Source: a virus
Taxonomy: Duplodnaviria; Caudoviricetes
DNA length: 27,725 nucleotides
Reading direction: 5' to 3' (one strand)
Virus record (IMG/VR): IMGVR_UViG_3300029183_000035
Coordinates: 1-27,725 of that record
Each line of letters starts with the position of its first letter. The stretch's first letter is position 1. Positions 1 to 7,399 of the stretch are shown piece after piece. The notes under the pieces are model-generated. The model saw only the letters and a list, made by a program, of their open reading frames with translations, was not told the DNA's origin and did no database searches. The translations under genes were made by a program, and so were the position numbers.

Positions 1-258
1 TTACCGGAAGTGTCAGGTGACAGCCGTGACCAAGCAGGCAAAGACTTCGGCGTCAGCGGAAAATCCGTCGACTTTGCGTCGTCAGTGATAAGTCACGGCA
101 CTGAATTGCTGGTCGAAGCCTGCGACCAAGGCAAGATTGCCGTCTCATCCGCTGCGAAAGTTGCCGAAGCGCCGAAGAGGCTGCAAACGTCGGGGGGCGT
201 ACATCTTTCCGATAGCTTATCAAGTTTTTTTGACAGGTCTGCCATAGCTGTTTTGTAA
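1..258 (+). CDS. 5'-partial HTH-containing protein, resembling the HTH/linker region of phage ParB-like or MT-A70-associated proteins
   Basis: Frame is open from base 1. RDQAGKDFGVSGKSVDFASSV...LVEACDQGKIAVSSAAKVA resembles the HTH plus 'G.i.vs.Aa.ia' segment of phage ParB-type proteins. The last ~25 aa look non-homologous, so it may be truncated. Confidence 0.6.
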   Translation, partial: LPEVSGDSRDQAGKDFGVSGKSVDFASSVISHGTELLVEACDQGKIAVSSAAKVAEAPKRLQTSGGVHLSDSLSSFFDRSAIAVL

Positions 259-327
259 AAAACGAACCCTTCGATTCGCCGAGTGAGCTAGGTGAATCGT
301 CATCTTCGGAACGTTTTTTCTTAGCCC

Positions 328-355
328 TTGCTCCAGCGTTCGACCTGCGTACAAT
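328..355 (+). promoter_or_regulatory. Putative sigma70-type promoter
   Basis: TTGCTC (328-333), 16 bp spacer, TACAAT (350-355), immediately before the structured leader. Confidence 0.5.
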
Positions 356-362
356 CCAAGTA

Positions 363-494
363 GCGAGGGACGCTCAGAGGCAAGAGAATGGATGTAAACA
401 AATCAAACTGCTTGCCTCGTGTCGTAGCCCTCGCAATCTACGCACGTTTTGAGCCCGGCTCGTCACATCCAGCGAGTCGGGCTTTTTTCGTGCG
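363..494 (+). ncRNA. Structured leader or small RNA candidate: interrupted stem-loop followed by intrinsic terminator
   Basis: GCGAGGG 363-369 pairs with CCCTCGC 428-434; GAGGCAAG 377-384 pairs with CTTGCCTC 411-418; terminator hairpin follows at 452-483. Confidence 0.55.
452..488 (+). terminator. Rho-independent terminator/attenuator
   Basis: AGCCCGGCTCG, 10 nt loop, CGAGTCGGGCT (one G.U pair), running into a T6 tract. Confidence 0.75.
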
Positions 495-997
495 CAATAC
501 GCTGACTTGTCTGGAGCCAACCCGCGACAAGCACCAGCGATTCGCTCTCCAACCAATAGCCCCGGGACGAGATGGCAGATTCCATACTGCCGTAAGTGGT
601 CGAGGGACGGTAGCTAGTCGGCAGTTAGGTCGTATGCCGGGAGAGGACTCGCCAGTGGTCAATCGTGTAGGGGAGGCAGCCGACGTGCCCTATACAGCAC
701 GGCAGCTTGGAGACCGACCTCGCCCGTCGGTACATCTGGTACGCACACCAACAACAAAATCCCGGGCTCTGGTGACCTCTTACACCCCGGTGACCAAGCG
801 ATGCTCGCACACCGCGAGTTTTGTGCGTTATGGATGGGCTGTTTACGGACTAACCTCGTCAGCGAGTGCAAGAACACCCCGGTCTGACCGCTCGATGTAC
901 TCCCGATAGCCCTGCTGACAGAGCATGCGGGAAACCATCCGAAGGTCGGAAAGGGGTGGCGTCCGCACTCTCCCTGGCGAAGGCATGGATTTTAGAT

Positions 998-2275
998 ATG
1001 ACCAAGCAAAGCTATCTGTGGGTGCCTGAACAATTCGATTCCTCGAATCTTCTGCTGGATGCGCAATTCGCAAACTGGTTTATGCATACGCTTCTCATGC
1101 GAATTGCTCGCACCAAAACTACGAGGAACGGCAAGCGGTTTGCGCTCATGGATGCGAATCATATGCGAGAGAATTTTGGCCATCGAGTGTTGGAACGAAT
1201 GATTCCCCGACTAGTCGAATCCGGCGACGTCGAGCGAGTACAAAACAGGAATGGAACCATAGGCTATCGGCCAGGAGACAGGCACATTGACCGCGGACTA
1301 CGCAAAGTGTCGCTCACGGACCCGCGAGTCATCGAACGTCGAACCAGGACAGCGGACAAGATCGAACGCATTGTCCAACAGCAACAGGCCGGGAGGCGAA
1401 AGCCCATTCACGACAACTGGGAGCAATGGCAAGAAGACGGACTCACCATCGACTCACGAAAGGCCAGGGAGGCTATCAAGTCGCTGCCTTCCAAGTCCAA
1501 CCCTTACGGCGTCCAGACCCTGTCCGTCAAATGGATTCGGCGCCGCCGATTTCGGTTTCTCGTGGACGCCTACGGAAGATGCCACAATTCAATCAGCAAC
1601 ATCCACAGCAGCGTGAGACAAGCCATCAGAATCGACGGACAACCGACGGCGAATGCAGACATCAAGGCATCACAACCAACCTTCCTAGCCAACGCACTGG
1701 TCGCGGCACAAGCCCCGAGGTCCACCGGCGGTGCAGGGAAGAGAGCGGACCCGGCCACCCGACCGGGGCTGTGTCCATTAATGCGCCCCACGGTTTGGCC
1801 CGTTGGAGGGGGTTTAGAGCCGTTTTGTGATGCTGTTTTCAGTGGGGAGTTTTACGAGCTGCTGGCGTCTGATGCAGGGATGACGGTAGGGGAAGTGAAG
1901 AAGCCGCTGCTGCGGGATGTATTTGGAAAACGAGGTGCTTATCCGGCTTCGCCTCTTGAGTCCGCGTTCACCAGTCGCTTCCCAGAGGTTCGTCGTTTCA
2001 TCCGAGAGTTTAATGCTATCCACGAGGATCACGGAGCACTGCTGAAGTGGCTTCAGCGCATCGAGTCTGATTTCGTCATTGGCGATGTCGGCTCACGGCT
2101 GGTTGAGGATGGCGGGTTCTACCTCTCGCTCCACGACGGTATCTTCTCCAAGCCAGGCGGGGACGCCAACGTGGTTCGTGCAATGGACGATGCCGCCCGG
2201 GATCGGGGCTACGGGCTACGAGTGAAGTGCATGACGGCTGGAGGGGAAACGGAAGTGATCGCCTTGGGCTTGTAA
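998..2275 (+). CDS. Compact family-A DNA polymerase / T7 RNAP-superfamily-like protein, putative replication protein
   Basis: GRCHNSISNI..VRQAIRIDG..ADIKASQP (motif A-like Asp), EVKKPLLRDVFG (motif B-like), LQRIES, LSLHDGIF (motif C-like HD). No exonuclease domain is apparent. ATG 998 is preferred over GTG 866 because 854-983 folds as a structure. Confidence 0.7.
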   Translation: MTKQSYLWVPEQFDSSNLLLDAQFANWFMHTLLMRIARTKTTRNGKRFALMDANHMRENFGHRVLERMIPRLVESGDVERVQNRNGTIGYRPGDRHIDRGLRKVSLTDPRVIERRTRTADKIERIVQQQQAGRRKPIHDNWEQWQEDGLTIDSRKAREAIKSLPSKSNPYGVQTLSVKWIRRRRFRFLVDAYGRCHNSISNIHSSVRQAIRIDGQPTANADIKASQPTFLANALVAAQAPRSTGGAGKRADPATRPGLCPLMRPTVWPVGGGLEPFCDAVFSGEFYELLASDAGMTVGEVKKPLLRDVFGKRGAYPASPLESAFTSRFPEVRRFIREFNAIHEDHGALLKWLQRIESDFVIGDVGSRLVEDGGFYLSLHDGIFSKPGGDANVVRAMDDAARDRGYGLRVKCMTAGGETEVIALGL

Positions 2276-2405
2276 TCATTCTCTTGAAAGAGTGGGTGGC
2301 CAGATGTCACATAAGGTGACTCACAAGTTTTCTGGCGTTACGCATCGAAGACCCATTCGACACCCAACGAAAACCTCCCATGGGACCCATTGAAGAAAGC
2401 ACCTT

Positions 2406-2888
2406 ATGAAGAACATTCACTCTGTTGCGTCAGTCGCCGTCGCAAAACACCTGGAAGAGCAGAAATCCGCTATCTCCCTCGCAGGTGACCCAAACTCTTG
2501 GACCTGCCATCGGGCGTTGCTGGAAGCAGACGACATCCAGAGGGTGGTTCTTTGGCAAGAATTCCACGCGGACACACGTGGAGGCAGTTGCCGCTTGCCA
2601 GACGCGATGACGGAATCTGAGGGGAAGGAACGCTTCAAGGATTTGCTGGGACGTCTCGGACGGGCGCAACTAGTTTTGCGTGAATCAGTAAAGATGGAGC
2701 CCACGGCAGTATCAGACCGCGTTGACGGCCTTCTATACTTCATCGATGGGAACCATCGACTGATTGCGAATCAGCTAGCCGGGAGAGATCTTGAGGGAGT
2801 CTTTATTTACCTGGCTGTTCGTGACGATGCGTTTGATTCGTACTCAACTCCTCCTTGGCTCCGATCACACCGCGCCAACACTCCATAA
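2406..2888 (+). CDS. ParB/Sulfiredoxin-like N-terminal domain protein
   Basis: EPTAVS...LLYFIDGNHRLIANQLAG matches the ParB/Srx 'iDGhHR..A...G' motif. Confidence 0.65.
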   Translation: MKNIHSVASVAVAKHLEEQKSAISLAGDPNSWTCHRALLEADDIQRVVLWQEFHADTRGGSCRLPDAMTESEGKERFKDLLGRLGRAQLVLRESVKMEPTAVSDRVDGLLYFIDGNHRLIANQLAGRDLEGVFIYLAVRDDAFDSYSTPPWLRSHRANTP

Positions 2889-2898
2889 ACACTCCACA
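2878..2898 (+). repeat. Left integrase arm-type repeat (P arm)
   Basis: ACACTCCATAAACACTCCACA is 20/21 identical to 3098-3118 and is itself a tandem of ACACTCCA(T/C)A. Confidence 0.75.
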
Positions 2899-2899
2899 C

Positions 2900-2928
2900 G
2901 TCCGCTACACAGCCCGATAGTCCGCTAC
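2900..2928 (+). repeat. GTCCGCTAC direct repeat at 20 bp spacing, possible accessory (Xis) binding sites
   Basis: GTCCGCTAC at 2900-2908 and 2920-2928, between the arm repeat and the att core. Confidence 0.45.
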
Positions 2929-3000
2929 TCTCGAACAACGAAAAACTGTGTTTTCTAGGCGAAACCGTAGTGGTGTGTCGGGGTGCGTAGAGGACGGTAA

Positions 3001-3046
3001 GGATTCTCAGTCCGAAGACAGGGGTTCGACTCCCCTAGGGGGTGCC
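3001..3046 (+). mobile_element. att core: 3' half of tRNA-Glu(CTC)
   Basis: GGA-TTCTCAG-TCC anticodon arm (CTC), T-arm AGGGG-TTCGACT-CCCCT, acceptor 3' strand AGGGGGT-G-CC. No D-arm or 5' acceptor strand upstream. Lies 78 bp from the integrase stop. Confidence 0.85.
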
Positions 3047-3097
3047 TCTTGCAGGGCAAGCACTTACGTCAATTTGAGCGTTGCGGAAAATCGCCTG

Positions 3098-3118
3098 ACA
3101 CTCCATAAACCCTCCACA
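3098..3118 (+). repeat. Right integrase arm-type repeat (P' arm)
   Basis: ACACTCCATAAACCCTCCACA, a direct repeat of 2878-2898, just beyond the integrase stop. Confidence 0.75.
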
Positions 3119-3123
3119 GCACT

Positions 3124-4266
3124 TCACGCTCGATTCTTAAGTGAACTCGGAATGTAGGCGTCGTAGGCGGTCTTCTGGTGCCCCTCTGCGTACTTAATGT
3201 AACGCAGCGTCGTGTTGAAGCTGGCGTGCCCCATCTGCTCCTGAAGGTCGCGGTCTGACACCCTGCCAAAGTTGTAGGTGGCGTGGGCATAGCGAAAGCT
3301 GTGGAAGCTGTATAAGTGGCATGATGGGGTGTGATCGTGTTCCTCAAGGCACGTCAGGTGAATGCCCGCCTCCTTCTGGATCCGCGCCAAATCTCGGTCC
3401 AAACTCTTGGTGGAGTGGTTCCACGCGAACACGCGAGATTCACCAAACTTGCGGACCTTGAGCAACTGTTCTAAGAAGGGCCCCGCCGCACCAATTTGGT
3501 GCCTTTGATCTTTTTTTGGTTTGTTGTCTCGATGCGGGCTAATCGCGACTCCCGCCTCCAAGTCAACGTTCTCCCACTTGAGAGCGAGCATCGCCGAACG
3601 TCTCATGCCAGTTACCCAGGCAACAGCCAGAAACGCTTTCCAGAAATCCTTGGGCTCAAACAATTGTTCTTTGGGGAACCGTGCCGCATCGCAGGACTTC
3701 ATCATCGCGTCAAAGTGCTGTTCGGTGACGAAAGGTTTGTCCTTCCCGAATCCATCCACTTCCGGCATCGGCGGAACCTGATCGAGTTGTTTCCATCGAA
3801 CAGCCACACTCAGAGCCGCCCGTATCGTACGAAGTTCTTTGCGGACGGTTTCAGCCGCCACCGTTGACCCGGGTTTCTTTCCCCGCATCAACAGCCGCTT
3901 GGCTACGTACTGGTCCAAAGAACGTGCGTCGACTCGATCAACGTGGACAGGCTTAACAATCTCGCCGAACAGTTTCAGTGCCCGATTCGATTCCGTCTGA
4001 CTGTACGACGATCGCCACTTGGGCATAATCACTTGCTTGTAGTCGTCTACGAATGACTCCCACCTGGTGTGTTCCGGCCCCGTTTTGCACAGGCCGGCAG
4101 CAAGTTCACCTTCCTTCTTCTTTCGGAATTTTTCCGCCATCGACTTGCTGCCGATTCGCTTGCACCGTTTCTTACTGTCGGGATCGTACCAACCAACGGA
4201 CCACGGGCATTTCTCCTCGCCGAGCTTCTTCTTTTGTCTGGAATCTTGAAACAACCAAGCGCGCAT
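3124..4266 (-). CDS. int: Tyrosine recombinase / phage integrase
   Basis: TGMRRSAMLALKW (catalytic R), FHSFRYAHAT (HxxR), MGHASFNTTLRY (H, Y). N-terminal arm-binding-like domain. Adjacent to the tRNA-derived att core. Confidence 0.95.
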   Translation of the reverse strand: MRAWLFQDSRQKKKLGEEKCPWSVGWYDPDSKKRCKRIGSKSMAEKFRKKKEGELAAGLCKTGPEHTRWESFVDDYKQVIMPKWRSSYSQTESNRALKLFGEIVKPVHVDRVDARSLDQYVAKRLLMRGKKPGSTVAAETVRKELRTIRAALSVAVRWKQLDQVPPMPEVDGFGKDKPFVTEQHFDAMMKSCDAARFPKEQLFEPKDFWKAFLAVAWVTGMRRSAMLALKWENVDLEAGVAISPHRDNKPKKDQRHQIGAAGPFLEQLLKVRKFGESRVFAWNHSTKSLDRDLARIQKEAGIHLTCLEEHDHTPSCHLYSFHSFRYAHATYNFGRVSDRDLQEQMGHASFNTTLRYIKYAEGHQKTAYDAYIPSSLKNRA

Positions 4267-4315
4267 GACTTTCTCCTGGTGTGGTTTTCAGAGATAGCCG
4301 CTGGACGAAACACAG

Positions 4316-4609
4316 TTACACCTGTGCTCGGTCCAGGAAACCTACAAGTTCCTCCCTGGCGTACAAAATTCGCTTTCCTACCTTCCTGCCCGTAATCTCG
4401 CCCCGTAGACGGCAATCGCGAAGAACGTGCCTCTCAATGCCCAATAGGCTCGCTGCTTCGGCCTCTGTGTACGAGAGCCTGTCTGCTGTCCTCTCACGAT
4501 TCTGTTCCAAGCGGTGCAGCACTTCGCTAACTACCACTTCCACGAGGGGCCGCAACTCTTCTGCGGTTCCGTCAAATCCCAATGGTGGCTTACTGCTGTT
4601 TCCTAACAT
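4316..4609 (-). CDS. Excisionase-like HTH (HTH_17/MerR-like) DNA-binding protein
   Basis: LSYTEAEAASLLGIERHVLRDCRLRGEITGRKVGKRILYAREEL; directly upstream of int. Confidence 0.85.
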   Translation of the reverse strand: MLGNSSKPPLGFDGTAEELRPLVEVVVSEVLHRLEQNRERTADRLSYTEAEAASLLGIERHVLRDCRLRGEITGRKVGKRILYAREELVGFLDRAQV

Positions 4610-6154
4610 CTATTCGGCCCCCAGTTCCAAATCAGACAGAGCATCTCTCACAGTCCAGCGATACGTCTGCAGTTCATCTTGCTCAGCCTCTTGCAATTCG
4701 AGTTCTCTATTGAACGCGTCCATGTCGAGAACAGCCTGAATCGTGTCTTCAACTATTTCCTGGAGCGTCTCTGGTTCCATTGATTCCAATTCCCAGCAGC
4801 GGTCGCCATATTTCTCCTGAAACTGGGGAAACCGAGAAGACTCTTCTTTGGCAAATTGCCCCTCGTGGAGGTCAAGTGTCTGAACTTGCTCGTGGGTTAG
4901 CGTTGCTTTGATTAGCTCTAGCTTTTCTTCGCTGAGTCCGAAGTCATCTCGCAGGCTGATTCCAAATGAGTTTGGGATGTCTTCGCCTTCTGGATCGAAA
5001 TCCGAAACAACAATGATGACCAACTTTTCCCGACCACTAGCCCTGAACCTTTCGAGCATGGAATAACGCGGTGGGAGAGATGAATACCCTCGTCCGCTGG
5101 TCATGGGGATGGTGTACTTGGCAGCTATTCCACGAAGATCGGAAGCAATTGTGTTTTTCTCAACTAGCAATTCAACGTGATTTGGTTGGCTTTGGAGCAA
5201 ATCGCGATAGTAGCCAGCAAACAGACCTTTCACTTCCTTTGCAACGAAGGTGCCGACACTTCTGTGGGTGTCCCATTGCACAACAGGTCGTGTCTCGTCC
5301 GATATGCACTCCATGGGTAACGTTCCGTCAATACGCAATCGGGTTACCATGTCTGTCACATCGTCGTAACAGGCCTGGCTATTTCCGAAACGCGTCCTCC
5401 GACTGTCATTGCGGAGCAGCCCGGCGATATTGAGTAGGCGATAGAAAACTTTCCTATCGGAAAGGGGCCAGTGCCTTTCGTTGACGAACACGATTTCCGT
5501 GATCGCCCGTGCAAGCGAGCGTTTCTGTACGATCGCAGAACGCTTCTTTTCCCCGACGAGCTTTATGGCCTCAACGCCAGCCAACTTAGACGATCGATTG
5601 CGATACTTGCGGAGAGATTGCCACGCATGGTCTCCCATCAACGCAACCTCTTCCAATGTTTCTTCTGCGGTAGTCTTTACCCGCTGCCTGTTGTAGCTGG
5701 CGAGGGCGCGAACAAAAGCGTCAACGTCCCCTGTACGATCAATGTCACCTCGAATCTGTACAGGCACCTTGGCCACCCCAGCCTGGATGGCGGCGGCGTG
5801 TCGACGGTGACCGCTGAGAATGTATCCATCCGCCGAAACCACAAGGGGGACCAGTATCCCGTTTTGACGAACATCTCTGACCAGACCCCTGAACGCCAGA
5901 TCGTTTGAACGAACCGGATCGTATAACTTGTCGTTCTCTGGAGAGGGGGAAATCGCAGAAGTACACACCTCATACAGGCATGCTAGTGAATCGTGTGTAC
6001 TTTTGACTCGGGGAAGCAGATTTCCTTCCTTTTCTAGACGTTTTCGGTGTCTGCTCACCGTTCCGTTAGAAACGCCTAATTCTTTGGCAATTTGACGATC
6101 ACTACGACTGGCATCTAGCATCAGTGCTTCTGCAACGCGGACTCCAACTTTCAT
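4610..6154 (-). CDS. HTH + ParB/Srx + TopoVI-A/Spo11-like TOPRIM fusion protein
   Basis: SDRQIAKELGVSNGTVSRHR (HTH); GILVPLVV..ILSGHRRHAAA (ParB); PLSDRKVFYRL (winged-helix, candidate Tyr); LLVEKNT..SGRGYSS..VSDFDPEG (TOPRIM E and DxD). Confidence 0.8.
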   Translation of the reverse strand: MKVGVRVAEALMLDASRSDRQIAKELGVSNGTVSRHRKRLEKEGNLLPRVKSTHDSLACLYEVCTSAISPSPENDKLYDPVRSNDLAFRGLVRDVRQNGILVPLVVSADGYILSGHRRHAAAIQAGVAKVPVQIRGDIDRTGDVDAFVRALASYNRQRVKTTAEETLEEVALMGDHAWQSLRKYRNRSSKLAGVEAIKLVGEKKRSAIVQKRSLARAITEIVFVNERHWPLSDRKVFYRLLNIAGLLRNDSRRTRFGNSQACYDDVTDMVTRLRIDGTLPMECISDETRPVVQWDTHRSVGTFVAKEVKGLFAGYYRDLLQSQPNHVELLVEKNTIASDLRGIAAKYTIPMTSGRGYSSLPPRYSMLERFRASGREKLVIIVVSDFDPEGEDIPNSFGISLRDDFGLSEEKLELIKATLTHEQVQTLDLHEGQFAKEESSRFPQFQEKYGDRCWELESMEPETLQEIVEDTIQAVLDMDAFNRELELQEAEQDELQTYRWTVRDALSDLELGAE

Positions 6155-6221
6155 TATTCAACTCCGTGCGTCCTGTTTTTGGGGCCACCCTGCCAGCCAA
6201 AATCGTGGACTACCTTCCACG

Positions 6222-6257
6222 AAAAAACCCAGTATCAGAACTAGTCTGATACTGGGT
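6222..6257 (-). terminator. Rho-independent terminator/attenuator upstream of the ParB-TOPRIM/xis/int genes
   Basis: Perfect 13-bp stem ACCCAGTATCAGA/TCTGATACTGGGT (6227-6257) with 5 nt loop, followed by a T-run on the minus strand. Confidence 0.8.
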
Positions 6258-6275
6258 CCTATTAAAACTCGAAGT

Positions 6276-6357
6276 AGCGACACGACGAGTTTGGCAGGCT
6301 TATTTTCCGTTGAAAGTTGCATCCTTCATCCTGCCTTTTATGCGTCATCGTGTCGCT
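6276..6357 (-). ncRNA. Structured leader candidate (interrupted long stem-loop)
   Basis: AGCGACACGA 6276-6285 / TCGTGTCGCT 6348-6357 and GGCAGG 6293-6298 / CCTGCC 6330-6335. A TAGTAT -10-like hexamer lies at 6369-6364. Confidence 0.5.
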
Positions 6358-6497
6358 TGCTGCATACTACCGGATTAGGCGAGTCCGTTGTTCTTGCTTT
6401 TCGCTTCATCCCGAATTTTTCTTTGATCTCGCTCCTTTCGTTTGTTGAAATCATCGTTGATTGCCAAGTTCGACGTACCAAAGCGCAAGTATTATTT

Positions 6498-6524
6498 GAC
6501 ACAGACGACACAGATGACACGAAT
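6498..6524. repeat. Three tandem 9-bp repeats GACACAGAC/GACACAGAT/GACACGAAT
   Basis: Seen directly in the intergenic region. Confidence 0.6.
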
Positions 6525-6683
6525 GTAGTCCCCTCAGTGATAAGTTCAGTGTCGCATGTTGTTGACCGTAAAGGGGTTCCGAAAGTGAGCGCGTTTGACT
6601 GCGAGTCATTAGGTCGCACCATTCTTGAAGCAAGAAAATCCGGCGCGTGTCACTCCCCAAAAAAGTTTGAGAATTTTTCGCCT

Positions 6684-7055
6684 TCAGCCGTCAAGATACG
6701 ATTCAAAAACCGACGCCACTGCTGACTTGACGTCTTCCAGTTGTTCGTCAGACAGTTTTTCGAACTGCTCAATCTGGTCGACACTACCCCTCACGCCGAC
6801 CGTAAATGCGACTAGCACGTCTGCGCCGACCAGCACGCAAGACGCCTTCATTCCATTGCGCTGGGCAGCGAGCGACTTGCGGTGACCGCGAACGTACGAT
6901 TTTGCCATGTCCAGCGACACCGACAGGCCCACCGTTTTTGCCAGGTCCCCGTTTCTCCTCCGAACTTCGACGTCATAGACACGTCGACCGTCAACGACAC
7001 CTGCGAGACGCACCGTGACGCCTTCCTGATTCCGCTTGGCAATTTTCTTCAGCAT
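6684..7055 (-). CDS. Hypothetical protein
   Basis: 123-aa ORF with a GGAGGGA RBS, co-oriented behind 7088-7399. Confidence 0.75.
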   Translation of the reverse strand: MLKKIAKRNQEGVTVRLAGVVDGRRVYDVEVRRRNGDLAKTVGLSVSLDMAKSYVRGHRKSLAAQRNGMKASCVLVGADVLVAFTVGVRGSVDQIEQFEKLSDEQLEDVKSAVASVFESYLDG

Positions 7056-7087
7056 TTTGGGTTATCCCTCCCGTGTTAAGAATTAAG

Positions 7088-7399
7088 TCATCCTGTACGT
7101 GATTCCAATTGTTGCGCGAACTTGCTTCTAGCCTTTCTTCCTCGTGTCTGCTCGGGGAGTAGCATCCCTTCCCGGATCAATTCCTCTTCTGTTACCGACC
7201 CGTTATTGATCGCAGCCTTTGACGCCGCGCGACAGGTTGCGCATAGTCCCCGCGCAGCAGCTTCACGGTCGCAATCTTGGATGATGCACCGACCAGCCTT
7301 GACCTTCGGTGAGATGCGATCCTGCACCTTTCTTGGTACACGAGCATTCATTACCGCGTACTCAACCTGCACTCTCTTTCCGATGAACTTTTCTGGCAT
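7088..7399 (-). CDS. Zinc-finger protein (CxxxxC-x9-CxxC), putative regulator, paralog A
   Basis: CIIQDC..RGLCATC..VTEEEL..LLPE..RGRK; strong GAGGAGGA RBS. Confidence 0.85.
   Translation of the reverse strand: MPEKFIGKRVQVEYAVMNARVPRKVQDRISPKVKAGRCIIQDCDREAAARGLCATCRAASKAAINNGSVTEEELIREGMLLPEQTRGRKARSKFAQQLESRTG

Noticed and set aside
388-909. 173-aa ORF as a real gene
   Set aside because: Runs through a strong terminator and hairpin-rich sequence, with no recognisable motif. Not fully excluded as a leader peptide.
866-997. N-terminal extension of the polymerase-like ORF from GTG 866
   Set aside because: Overlaps a nested fold and looks non-globular; ATG 998 is preferred.
2960-3050. Complete tRNA-Glu gene
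   Set aside because: No 5' acceptor strand or D-arm, the outer anticodon stem is unpaired and the end is CCT. Treated as an att core.
6291-6725. ORFs 6291-6725 (+), 6338-6622 (-) and 6451-6660 (-)
   Set aside because: No clear RBS or motif; they overlap regulatory-looking structures.
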